The notes under the pieces were generated by a model. That model made no database searches, was not told where the DNA came from, and saw only the letters and a list, made by a program, of their open reading frames with translations. From the IMG/VR virus record IMGVR_UViG_3300021492_000002, positions 1 to 55,558 of that record: 55,558 nt of DNA; one strand, written 5' to 3'. Position 1 is the stretch's first letter; every line of letters begins with the position of its first letter. The stretch is from a virus. Taxonomy: Duplodnaviria; Caudoviricetes. The translations under genes and the position numbers were made by a program. Shown piece by piece: positions 10,392 through 20,242 of the stretch.

Positions 10392-11813
10392 ATGACAGAA
10401 GATAAGTTACTACAACTAATACATAATGGGGAGTTTGATGATTATATTGAAACGCTGAATCTTAGGATTAAAAAGTTGCGCAATATAGCTGATGATTATG
10501 CAAAGTTAATGGATGCGATAGAAACAAGTTTTATGTATGATTTAGATATTATCCAAAAGTGGAGCATACATGTCCTACGTGACTATCTGAGGAAGAGATT
10601 TGATGTTGTATGGGAGTGGAAGATTTCTGATTGGGATTTGGCTAATATAAAGGCGCAGTTAGCTCACAGTATTGTTGTTGATGGTGTGATGATTAAAGAT
10701 CTTTATATTTTAAATGGCAGAAGGGTTACATTCGAAGGTACATATCATAATTTAACAGATGTTAATGAGGATACATACTTCCGTATCCATGGTTACCGTC
10801 AGGCAGCTGTAGCTTTCCAGATACAGATTAGTAAAGGGGTAAAATATTTAGCAATAAACATGTTCCCCCGTTGGCATCAGTATGTATATTTAATGTCGAC
10901 TGATGGGCGAAGGTTATCTAATACAGTTCTCAATGCTGGAATTATCCTTATACCAGTAAAGGAGCCTGGCGATTATTTCCTTGTTGTTGGTGAGTTATTT
11001 GATAGAGAAAGCATCATAATGATATCGGATATTATTGCGTTGGGGGAATATCAGGATGTACCAGAGGTTACGTTCTCGTGGAAGCCGGCGGGCTTCTACA
11101 ACTATTTCTTTGCTTATCCATTATTGGCAGGTAAGACGGCTTTGAAGGTAACAGATGGTACTAATAGTGTGGATATTTCATATGGTATTAACTTTATACA
11201 AAAGTGGATGGTTGAGGAGTCTGAAGCCCATGCTTCAACCAGCATTGATTATTTAGGGACCCATTACGATAAGGCTTATTTAGTGGATTCAATATCACCT
11301 ATTGTTGCCAAAAAGATGGAGGGGGAGCGGCTTATTTACTATTTCCCCAAGTTAACCACTGTTAAAGGAAATGGCCGGCTTTTACAACTTGATCTAACCT
11401 GGAGATTCACGCGCCCTATTGACATTGATGGTGAAAGATCATTAATCGGTGTTTTTAAGTCTGATGGTAGTGATTTTGAGATTGACGGCATCTATTTATC
11501 ATTTAGTGAGCCTTTATATTTCATTGACAGAGATTATTTTTATATAAAGGATAGCAGGGGGCATATATATCTTGTATTTAGACGTGATCCAAGTGAATTA
11601 GAAGCTGGTGATGCGATATACTGGTATAATCTAAAGGATATGAGCATTAAGGTTAAAGCAACACATGGTGGTGTGTTGTTCATGGGTTCGGATAACACAT
11701 TGTTACCATTGGCACCTAAGCGTCCAATCAATTTTGAGTTAGGCGGTTATGGTGAAGGTCCATTATTAGCCCCTGGTGGAACTCCTATGGAAGAAGAAGA
11801 GGAAATATCATGA
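10392..11813 (+). CDS. Hypothetical protein (473 aa)
   Basis: Long ORF with an N-terminal amphipathic helix followed by a beta region. Confidence 0.65.
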   Translation: MTEDKLLQLIHNGEFDDYIETLNLRIKKLRNIADDYAKLMDAIETSFMYDLDIIQKWSIHVLRDYLRKRFDVVWEWKISDWDLANIKAQLAHSIVVDGVMIKDLYILNGRRVTFEGTYHNLTDVNEDTYFRIHGYRQAAVAFQIQISKGVKYLAINMFPRWHQYVYLMSTDGRRLSNTVLNAGIILIPVKEPGDYFLVVGELFDRESIIMISDIIALGEYQDVPEVTFSWKPAGFYNYFFAYPLLAGKTALKVTDGTNSVDISYGINFIQKWMVEESEAHASTSIDYLGTHYDKAYLVDSISPIVAKKMEGERLIYYFPKLTTVKGNGRLLQLDLTWRFTRPIDIDGERSLIGVFKSDGSDFEIDGIYLSFSEPLYFIDRDYFYIKDSRGHIYLVFRRDPSELEAGDAIYWYNLKDMSIKVKATHGGVLFMGSDNTLLPLAPKRPINFELGGYGEGPLLAPGGTPMEEEEEIS

Positions 11814-12826
11814 AGATTGATGCACAATATTTTGAAAATTATTTCAAGCAATATGCTGCACTTGCGCATGATATCTCCAATCTTGTTGCTTATTACCAGA
11901 ATATAACAAACATATATGATGCATTTGGAAGTGCTTTATCTGTGTTCTTCCCTGTTGAAAAGGATGAGTATTTTGTAGCTAACAAAACATTAAGGACCGT
12001 TGAATCGATTTTATCTCTCACACACCATGTGGAAACCGAGCTATCCTTTATCCGCCTGAGCACCAGTACTAACTTAAGAGTCATTCCGGCTGTTGAAAGG
12101 ACTATTGGTATTAGTAGTGTCAGAGAAGCACATGGTGTTACAACATCTATAACATATGGTGCAACGAGCCGTGAGCCATTATCATTGATAAACAGAATTT
12201 TTGTAGACGAATCACTTTATTGTGAATTGCTGTTACCATATACGGACCAATGGATTCTTGATGTAGGGTTTACTCTTATGGAAACAACCCATTGGAATAC
12301 GTTAAAAGTTTTGCAAATTCCGCCAATAGTTGTCAATATAGACAGCATTGAGGTTGGTGGTATTAATTATGAGCCTTATAATAGGCAATATCCTCATCTA
12401 TTTCAGCTTCCTGATACAGCAATTAATGCATTTAAAATCACAGGTTCATCTGCTGAAATCATTGTGAGCGGGGCTTCAGCTTCAATCATCGGATTCACAC
12501 ACATAGGAGTTTATTATAGGCGTTATCATACATATGGTGTATTTAATGCTTATTTCCATAATGATACAGATAGAGAGATATCCGTAAGTCCTGTGTATTA
12601 TATACCACCTCAGTTGTATGAGGATTATGACACTGATAGTGATATTATCATTGTAAAGTTATATAAAACAAGTACCTCACCATCGGGATTTGAACTGATT
12701 TGGACATCTCTATCACCGACATCGATTATCCTTGATGCTGATAGTGATATATATGTTGAGGTTGAGTTAAGAGGGAATGAAAAATATACGCCTTTATTTT
12801 ATGGTATTAAACTTATAGAGGTCTAA
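11810..12826 (+). CDS. Hypothetical protein, probably structural
   Basis: ATGA coupling. C-terminal 'YVEVELRGNEKYTPLFYGIKL' resembles the '...TP.l..i.l' terminal strand seen in virion proteins. Confidence 0.6.
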   Translation: MKIDAQYFENYFKQYAALAHDISNLVAYYQNITNIYDAFGSALSVFFPVEKDEYFVANKTLRTVESILSLTHHVETELSFIRLSTSTNLRVIPAVERTIGISSVREAHGVTTSITYGATSREPLSLINRIFVDESLYCELLLPYTDQWILDVGFTLMETTHWNTLKVLQIPPIVVNIDSIEVGGINYEPYNRQYPHLFQLPDTAINAFKITGSSAEIIVSGASASIIGFTHIGVYYRRYHTYGVFNAYFHNDTDREISVSPVYYIPPQLYEDYDTDSDIIIVKLYKTSTSPSGFELIWTSLSPTSIILDADSDIYVEVELRGNEKYTPLFYGIKLIEV

Positions 12827-12827
12827 A

Positions 12828-13130
12828 ATGACGGATAGTGATTTCACAGCTTTGCAGCAGCGTGTTGCTCAATTGGAAGAAACCGTTTTGGAGTGCATAA
12901 CAATCGTGCGTTCGTTGAGTGGAGTGATGGAATTATTACAGCAACGTATTGCTGATTTGGAAGATAAATCATCATTACTAGAGAAGGAGGGAGTTTTACT
13001 GAGTAATGATGATTATCAGCGTTATAAGGATATGTGGAATCGTTTGCTTATATTAGAGCAAAAATATCGTGAGTACTTAGCAAAATTACTGCGCAGTTTA
13101 AGAGAAAAGCATGTGGATCCTCTCGAATAG
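12828..13130 (+). CDS. Coiled-coil protein
   Basis: Heptad pattern LQQRVAQLE / LQQRIADLE. Confidence 0.6.
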   Translation: MTDSDFTALQQRVAQLEETVLECITIVRSLSGVMELLQQRIADLEDKSSLLEKEGVLLSNDDYQRYKDMWNRLLILEQKYREYLAKLLRSLREKHVDPLE

Positions 13131-14385
13131 TTATATTGAGGATGATAAGGCAACCGTTTTCTATGCGGCTTCAGATGATGAGTTACCAGCAATTTTATTC
13201 AAGGTTAATGATCATTATGAATGTATGTATGTGCATGGGAGAGGCCGGCCGGCTTCACTAACATCTGGTTATGTGAGACTCCCTCGTGCTAGTACTCGTT
13301 ATTATCACATAAGAACGAAATCTATTGACAGAAACATTTATGAAATTGTCCTACCGCGCCCACGGACCGGGATTGTTGCATTATATGACCTACAGTCTGA
13401 TACGTTTGTGCATGAGCTGCATTTATCAGAGCCAACAACTGATTTCGAGCATATCGTTGTTGATATTGCTGGTAACATGTTACGCATCCATATCCCCGAT
13501 AAGGTATATGGTGATTGTTATGTTACATATCATAGCACATCCACACCACCCTCACAACCCAATATTGTAACATCATTTCCTATTGTGAAAAATGGGACAT
13601 ATAATGTTGAGATAACAGAGCCGGGCCTCTACAACATTTACGTTAGAGATAAATCAGGTAATCTGTTGGGGCCTCATGCTGCTTATTATGATCCAACATT
13701 TGATAAGAAGATTGTTCTATCATCCTTAAGGCAGGTAAGTGGGGTTGTCGTGGGCACTGTTAAAAGCAATTATTATCCTGTCGTTGTTTTTAGGTGGATG
13801 GGTGAATTAGATCGGTATGTATATTTAACTACATTATTCGAGGGGCAGGATTATTTTGTAGATGAGGATCCATTCTTTGGGCAGAATATTTATGCATGTG
13901 GTTACACGAAGGAGGGTGAGGCATTTCTTGTATCTTCAGCTAGTTTGGTATTTTATCCTTGTGAGTATCTTACTGCTCCATTTCTATCCGTTGCTAGATT
14001 AAGTGAGGAGGATTTATACATGGAAGTAACAAGGATTATTGAGCATGTTATCGTCAGAGATGGGCTACGCACGGCACGCGTTACTGTTTATCCCAATCCC
14101 GATGCAAGCGGTTCGTACACAGTCCTTGATGATAGTACTGATTATCCACTCTCTCACTATGGTGATGTATTAGTCGACAGGAAATATGTTTTTGTTATTA
14201 ATAGATCTGGCACATCTATTTATGTTGCCCCCAATACAGTTTCAGGTAGTGACATTATTTCAACAGGCATAGAGATCCCTAATAATACTTATAAGATATT
14301 GGAGATAGAGACACTTCCAATGCTTTTTAGGCTTTCCAGTAGCCCATCGGCAGGTGGTAAGGTAATTATATGGGAGGTTGGCTAA
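13111..14385 (+). CDS. Hypothetical protein with Ig/FN3-like segments
   Basis: 'ITEPGLYNIYVRDKSGN' is an Ig-like strand motif, 424 aa. Confidence 0.6.
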   Translation: MWILSNSYIEDDKATVFYAASDDELPAILFKVNDHYECMYVHGRGRPASLTSGYVRLPRASTRYYHIRTKSIDRNIYEIVLPRPRTGIVALYDLQSDTFVHELHLSEPTTDFEHIVVDIAGNMLRIHIPDKVYGDCYVTYHSTSTPPSQPNIVTSFPIVKNGTYNVEITEPGLYNIYVRDKSGNLLGPHAAYYDPTFDKKIVLSSLRQVSGVVVGTVKSNYYPVVVFRWMGELDRYVYLTTLFEGQDYFVDEDPFFGQNIYACGYTKEGEAFLVSSASLVFYPCEYLTAPFLSVARLSEEDLYMEVTRIIEHVIVRDGLRTARVTVYPNPDASGSYTVLDDSTDYPLSHYGDVLVDRKYVFVINRSGTSIYVAPNTVSGSDIISTGIEIPNNTYKILEIETLPMLFRLSSSPSAGGKVIIWEVG

Positions 14386-14615
14386 TGATTGGATTTGCGC
14401 GGGTTAATGAGTTTTTTGATGTTACAGAAAAAAACGGTATAGCTAATAAACTATCTGATGCAATAATAAGGCAGATAGCTATGGAGAAGCCGGCTTCATA
14501 TAGATTAGATGGGCATGAGCTTAAGGTTGAGTATATCGTTGATGACGGCTACGGACTGCTTATTCTATTCCGTCCTAATATGCAACAGTTAGTATATATT
14601 AGAGATGGGAGATAA
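14385..14615 (+). CDS. Small hypothetical protein
   Basis: GGAGG RBS and TAATG coupling. Confidence 0.55.
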   Translation: MIGFARVNEFFDVTEKNGIANKLSDAIIRQIAMEKPASYRLDGHELKVEYIVDDGYGLLILFRPNMQQLVYIRDGR

Positions 14616-14943
14616 GGATAACATCAGGTTGTTATTGGAGGAGATGTTAAGCCGCCTTGGTGATAAGCATATTAGTAATGGTGATGCTGAGATTATAGCT
14701 AGGGCTATTACGTCCCGTCTGAAACCGTTTTTTGATAATGTAATACTACGCACAGTACAGAAGGTATCAGGTAGCGATGAGATTTCTAAGGAGATCCAAG
14801 AACTACATGATTTAATCAATGATAGGTTTACTGAGTTGCAGGTTGAGGTTGTGAAGAAGAAGGATACGATTTATTTATTAGCTAATTTAATTGCGCTTCT
14901 TGCCAATGTTATCTTGCTAGTTTTTAATCTGATGCCGAAGTAA
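14605..14943 (+). CDS. Coiled-coil protein with C-terminal transmembrane helix
   Basis: Hydrophobic C-terminus IYLLANLIALLANVILLVF. Confidence 0.6.
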   Translation: MGDKDNIRLLLEEMLSRLGDKHISNGDAEIIARAITSRLKPFFDNVILRTVQKVSGSDEISKEIQELHDLINDRFTELQVEVVKKKDTIYLLANLIALLANVILLVFNLMPK

Positions 14944-14973
14944 AGGAGCCCTCTATGAGGGTATAAAAATGCG

Positions 14974-17352
14974 ATGCTTTTATTATGGACAAATATCCCG
15001 GAAGCACGGGGATATATTGTTTATAAAGCCCCTCACTTTGTCTATCCAACAGGGAAGTTATCGGAACCGAAGTGTGTTTGTAAAGGGGATAGTGATACAT
15101 CGGATCCAGGTTTTAGCGTGCCCTCCTATGTTGATGATGGATTAAAGGGATTTTTAAGCCCGCCAGAAGGTTATAATTTTTATGCCTATACCGAAAGCAA
15201 TCACTTAGAGGTTGATACAGGTGTCTATGTTGTTGTTGCGATTAATGGTATTTGTGCATCAAGTTATTCAAATCCTGTTAGCATTGTTTCCGAGTTGGAA
15301 GAAAAAACTATATCAGTAGCTATAAGAGAGGTGCCTGTTGATGATACTGTTGTAGCCAAGCGTTTCTGTCGGTGGGGTGTATTTTTAACAAAAGTACATT
15401 GGAATTTTAATATTGATAGCATTATAAGTACTGACTATAATGTTGACATTGAATTCAGCACTCTAACCAGCGGTTCCTTTGTACTTACTGGTGTACCTCC
15501 TACTGGTAGTGAGGATGTATCAAGTAGGTCATTTTATAAGTATGCTTTCGAGCCATTAGTCATTAAGGTCAGCACTGATGGCTGTTCTATCAGTCAAGTA
15601 AATATTGCTATCGATGTTGTTTTGATTGAATACCCACTAGATGTTATAAGGGTTGCCCTAGAGAAAACAACGGTTATAGATCGTTTTGATAAACCCGAGC
15701 CATCCTTAGATTATGTCACAACGGGTTATCTTAGGAAGCCATTGATATTAGATTGGATTTATGTCGACACATCTGGTTCTTTAGATGCATATTTATTATT
15801 GCATAAGCGCGGGCTTTATCACCACTATGGTTTGTCATTGGATAATAAGTTTAAGCCACCGCTTATTTTAAGTGATACGGATGATCTAGCACTATATACC
15901 AAGGGTGATCCAGGTTCTGTAGTTATGGTAAGTGAAGGCCCGCTTCAGGTAAAGCAGGATAAGTTACCTGACATGAAGGATGTTTATTTTGAGGGCGGCT
16001 TCCTCTTAGGGCATGATAGAGAAATAAGACGTATATATCTGTTCAAGGGGGCAATTAAACATATTGATGTCCAATTTTACAAGCAGCATGATGATGCCGA
16101 ACTGACGGTTTATACACCACAGGCGGGGCTTCAAACATTTTTCATCCCTAAGGATATATTATCTGCGCAGTTCGTTACAGATATTCCATTTGATGCTGGT
16201 TCATATGTAATAATAAGTTCAACAGAAGAGCATCCTATTACTGTGGATTGTGATGTGCGTATTGAGATATGGAGAGAGTATCCACCTTGCATATGTGAAA
16301 TTACTGTTGAAGAGGAGGAAGAGGAGGGTGCGCGGCCTCTCATTTACGATGGCACTTATTTTGAAGGCGGGGCTAATGGCTGGCGCTACAAGACATATCC
16401 TTTCCAAGCACATCTATCAAAGGTGATGTTTCTTGGACATGACTTGTTTGATGTACCTGTGCGATACAATTTCTATATTAATGGAGATCTGGTAAAGACA
16501 TATGATCTTAATTTCTCAACTAGCCGCCTTCTGCAATTTGATGTAGATATAACAGTCCCAGCTAATGGTGTCCTTGTTATCGAACAGATTATTATGGATC
16601 GTACAATGTATGAGGTTACAAGGGATGTTGATGTCATATGGTCGCTTACCTTTGAGGGTGAAGGAGCATATATAGCAACATACACGGCGGCTGATTCTGT
16701 GCTCTTGAATTCGCCATCATCTAATAGTACAACAGAATTCCAGCTTATTGATGCTATTACATTTCCACATGCTGTTCATTTGACAGGCATGAGTGCTTCG
16801 GCGGCTTCTGGTAGTGATAATGCTGTATACAAGGTTGAAATACCGGATTTAGACATTAGCTATGAATTTACAGGTACATATCTATGTGACCCTGTTGTAG
16901 AGGTACCGCCTTATACTGCTATAAGGGCTTATTATAAGGTTGATGACCCTGAAGGAGGTGAGGTTGCATACCCACAAGTCCTTTTGCATATAGGCTTTTT
17001 GGCTGAACATGAGGAGTTTGTTGATCTTGATAATGTGGGTATATTTTGGTTGAGAGAGCATAGCGGGAGTCTGTATGACACTATTACTCATCAGCTTGCT
17101 TTGCCGAGTGGTACTTATAGGTGCATCTTCTTGCAGGCATCTGTTTACCAAACGCCACTGGATGAAGCAGATATTATTATTGATATAGGGGGGAGCGGAG
17201 ATACTCTTAATGTGAAGCCGGGGCTGCATAACATTTACAAAACAACGGATTTCACCTTTGGTAATATGGATACGGTTACAGTTAATTCAAGCGACCCGCG
17301 GCTTATGCACGGTATTGTTATCATGGCTATCTATCAGAAGGTTGAGACATGA
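14974..17352 (+). CDS. Large multi-domain beta protein, possibly tail-associated (792 aa)
   Basis: FN3-like N-terminus (W...GYIVY...YVVVAING...SSYSN) followed by several beta-sandwich-like units. Confidence 0.6.
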   Translation: MLLLWTNIPEARGYIVYKAPHFVYPTGKLSEPKCVCKGDSDTSDPGFSVPSYVDDGLKGFLSPPEGYNFYAYTESNHLEVDTGVYVVVAINGICASSYSNPVSIVSELEEKTISVAIREVPVDDTVVAKRFCRWGVFLTKVHWNFNIDSIISTDYNVDIEFSTLTSGSFVLTGVPPTGSEDVSSRSFYKYAFEPLVIKVSTDGCSISQVNIAIDVVLIEYPLDVIRVALEKTTVIDRFDKPEPSLDYVTTGYLRKPLILDWIYVDTSGSLDAYLLLHKRGLYHHYGLSLDNKFKPPLILSDTDDLALYTKGDPGSVVMVSEGPLQVKQDKLPDMKDVYFEGGFLLGHDREIRRIYLFKGAIKHIDVQFYKQHDDAELTVYTPQAGLQTFFIPKDILSAQFVTDIPFDAGSYVIISSTEEHPITVDCDVRIEIWREYPPCICEITVEEEEEEGARPLIYDGTYFEGGANGWRYKTYPFQAHLSKVMFLGHDLFDVPVRYNFYINGDLVKTYDLNFSTSRLLQFDVDITVPANGVLVIEQIIMDRTMYEVTRDVDVIWSLTFEGEGAYIATYTAADSVLLNSPSSNSTTEFQLIDAITFPHAVHLTGMSASAASGSDNAVYKVEIPDLDISYEFTGTYLCDPVVEVPPYTAIRAYYKVDDPEGGEVAYPQVLLHIGFLAEHEEFVDLDNVGIFWLREHSGSLYDTITHQLALPSGTYRCIFLQASVYQTPLDEADIIIDIGGSGDTLNVKPGLHNIYKTTDFTFGNMDTVTVNSSDPRLMHGIVIMAIYQKVET

Positions 17353-18263
17353 AAAAGATAATTTTTATAATATTAATTATGGCGGTGGTTTCCATATCAC
17401 AGATTATTAGCGTTGGTGAGAATAGAGCTATTATCAACTTTGGTTCTTATGAAGGCGCGAAACTGTTGATCTATGATGATGTCCATGAGCTGTATTGGTA
17501 TGACGGTTCTTGGAGCAGTGATCCCAATGAATTGGGAGGTTATACATCAATACGGTATCCTATGGAAATAACGGGGTTGGTACCGGGCAGGAAGTATTGT
17601 TTGAAGGTAGTTGGATTATCGGGTACTGCTTATAATGCACTTTCATCCACCTATTGTTTTAATACTCTTGTTAAACCTATCAAGAGATTTACAAGTTGGG
17701 ATAGTATTTATGTGGATATAGGTGTTTTTGATACCATAAAGGGGAATTTTATGATGTTTTTCCCTTATAATACAGAGCCACCGCATGTAAGTGGGCTTCT
17801 CTATCTAAAGAGATCTGGTGATGTTGATACGCTTATGTATTGGAATGGGATTCGTTGGGTTAAACTCATAGAGGTTGGAAGTGCAGGATTTGCCACTTTA
17901 TATGATGGTTCTGGCATCCGTGGTGGTACTTATAATGGTACGTCTGATGTGACGTGGTATATTGAGCCGAGCGCTACTATTGATACTCTCGGTGATAGTA
18001 TTTTTGTTAAGGATAATTCCATAGACAGTATAAAAATAAAAGATAAGTCAATTGCAACATCTGATATTGCACCAACGGGTAATAACGGGCAGGTATTAAC
18101 AATTGATGGTGGAAATGTTGTGTGGGGTGATGCTTCTGGTACAGCTCCAAGCGACCATGCATTTGATGTGCTTATAACTAATGAATCATTAGAGAAAGAG
18201 TGGAGAACACAGCCAGGCTTAAAGAGAGCAACGACAACAAATTTTGTTATATATAGATATTAA
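17349..18263 (+). CDS. Secreted fibre-like protein with FN3-like domain
   Basis: Sec signal MKKIIFIILIMAVVSISQ, FN3-like 'ITGLVPGRKYCLKV', fibre motifs 'IKDKSIATSDI' and 'GNNGQVLTIDGGNVVW'. Confidence 0.65.
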   Translation: MKKIIFIILIMAVVSISQIISVGENRAIINFGSYEGAKLLIYDDVHELYWYDGSWSSDPNELGGYTSIRYPMEITGLVPGRKYCLKVVGLSGTAYNALSSTYCFNTLVKPIKRFTSWDSIYVDIGVFDTIKGNFMMFFPYNTEPPHVSGLLYLKRSGDVDTLMYWNGIRWVKLIEVGSAGFATLYDGSGIRGGTYNGTSDVTWYIEPSATIDTLGDSIFVKDNSIDSIKIKDKSIATSDIAPTGNNGQVLTIDGGNVVWGDASGTAPSDHAFDVLITNESLEKEWRTQPGLKRATTTNFVIYRY

Positions 18264-18275
18264 TAGGAGGTAATA

Positions 18276-20231
18276 ATGAAAATATTAAAAATAATAGGAG
18301 CTATCTTACTGTTGTCATCGATGGCGTTAGGTGTTGTACCGGGCAAGCTTATGTATATGGGAAGGTTGGCTGATGCCGACAATCATGTTGTTAATGGATA
18401 TGTAGAGATGAGGTTTAAGTTCTATTCAGATAGCACAGGGACAACGCCTTTTAAAACGATTGAGTTTGTTGGTGATGATTCCATTGAGGTTTCGGCAGGT
18501 TACTTCTTTGTTGTTATGGATTTATCAGATGTTATTGATTCGCTTAATCAGACAGTGTATCTTGAGGTTGATATTTATAATAAAGGCACATCTAGTTGGG
18601 AAACATCTGCAGAGAGGGAGAGGCTTGTAGCGCAGGTGCCTTATACGATATGGGCCCGCCGATCGGCTGTTGCTGAGACTGCAAATGTTGTTGGTTCTGG
18701 TGCTGTGCAGACAAGCATGCCTATAACAGGTGATGGCACATCTGGTAATCCAATTTCGCTTACATATGGTTCGGGGCTTACACTTTCAAGTTCGGTGCTA
18801 ATTATAGACTTTGATAATAGCACTATTGATACCAATTCATCAGGTCAGATTAGAGTTAAACCGGGTGGTATAACATCAACAGAAATTGATGATGATGTGA
18901 CATTTACTAAGATTCAAAACTCATCTGGGACACTGCAGTTTGTTATTACTGATGGCAATACTGCACTACAGTTTGCAGCATCTGGGATCAATAGTGTTAG
19001 TTTTGATTCTGATAACCATAGAGTTACATATACAGCAGAGGCTAATACCAATGTACCTATTACAGGTGATGGTTCATCCGGATCACCTATTAGTTTAAAT
19101 TATGGTAATGGACTTACATTATCAGGATCGGATCTTATTATTAATGAGAGTGATATCCCATATACACCATCGGATGTGTCTGATTGGGATGGTAGTACAG
19201 ATCCTGGAAATGTGAACGATGCATTGGATCAATTAGCTAGTAGAACTGCCAATATTGAGAGTGGTAGCAATAATAATTATATCCGCAATCAATATTCATC
19301 TGCGCAAGCAGCAAGTTTTTGGATTAATGGAAAAGGTAAAGCTAGTCAATTAATTGCTGATGATGAATTCTTATTAGGCGATGTATTAAACATCTATCTA
19401 AGTAGTGATACAGTATATTATGTGTCTGATTCTGTACTGTGTTTTGGTGGGGGCTTAATTATCGAAGAAGACAATGATGTGAAATTAACGGGTGATCTTT
19501 ATATTCCGAATGCTACTGTGAATACTGCAGCAAGTACATTATTAGCTATAACAAATGGCAAAGTAGAAAAAATTCTAAAGTCAAGTGTTACGGCTGGTGT
19601 GTCTTCTATTACAGGAGGACTTGGTCTAGAACCCGATGATGCATCTACAGGTGACATTACTATGACTGTTGACATGACAGAGCTTTATCTTAAAGGACTG
19701 GTAGCAACTACATATGATTCGTTAAGGGTAAAAATAGATGGTAATACAATATGTTTTGGTGGCTCTAATGAATTACAAATTTGTTATGGTGGTATATCAA
19801 CAAATCATATTAGCGATGGTACAATTATTGATAATGATATATCTTCCAGTGCGGCTATACAGTGGACGAAGATAAGCAAATCGGGATCTTCCATAGATGA
19901 TTTAGGTGACGTAAGTACGAGTTCAGCAGCTTCAGGGGATATATTATATTATGATGGAAGTAAATGGACAATCCTTTCGGCTGGAACAAGTGGCTATGTA
20001 CTTCACACGAATGGAGCTGGAGCGGCGCCTTCATGGAGCACAATGGCCGATCTAATAGCAGGAGATGGTCTAAAATATACATCAGCCGGGAATTATAATG
20101 GTATAAATGATAAAACACTTCAAATAGATGTAGCTGATTCATCTTTAACATTTTCTGATTCCAAGTTAAAGGTTTCATTAGGCAAAGCGACCTTGACAAC
20201 AACAAATTATAAAATATATAGAAATTATTAA
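18276..20231 (+). CDS. Secreted fibre/adhesin-like protein, paralogue A (651 aa)
   Basis: Signal peptide, then a 'VP.KL.Y.GRL.DA...G...M.F..Y' N-terminal domain typical of bacterial exported fibre-like proteins. 'PITGDG' repeats, 'IDDLGDV', 'GTSGYVL' fibre motifs. Confidence 0.75.
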   Translation: MKILKIIGAILLLSSMALGVVPGKLMYMGRLADADNHVVNGYVEMRFKFYSDSTGTTPFKTIEFVGDDSIEVSAGYFFVVMDLSDVIDSLNQTVYLEVDIYNKGTSSWETSAERERLVAQVPYTIWARRSAVAETANVVGSGAVQTSMPITGDGTSGNPISLTYGSGLTLSSSVLIIDFDNSTIDTNSSGQIRVKPGGITSTEIDDDVTFTKIQNSSGTLQFVITDGNTALQFAASGINSVSFDSDNHRVTYTAEANTNVPITGDGSSGSPISLNYGNGLTLSGSDLIINESDIPYTPSDVSDWDGSTDPGNVNDALDQLASRTANIESGSNNNYIRNQYSSAQAASFWINGKGKASQLIADDEFLLGDVLNIYLSSDTVYYVSDSVLCFGGGLIIEEDNDVKLTGDLYIPNATVNTAASTLLAITNGKVEKILKSSVTAGVSSITGGLGLEPDDASTGDITMTVDMTELYLKGLVATTYDSLRVKIDGNTICFGGSNELQICYGGISTNHISDGTIIDNDISSSAAIQWTKISKSGSSIDDLGDVSTSSAASGDILYYDGSKWTILSAGTSGYVLHTNGAGAAPSWSTMADLIAGDGLKYTSAGNYNGINDKTLQIDVADSSLTFSDSKLKVSLGKATLTTTNYKIYRNY

Positions 20232-20242
20232 GGGGTGGAACA

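Noticed and set aside
14941-14973. CCCTC-TAT-GAGGG hairpin with AAGGAG and a three-codon ORF (ATG AGG GTA TAA)
   Set aside because: Stem too short and no U-tract. It could be a translational control element, but there is not enough evidence.
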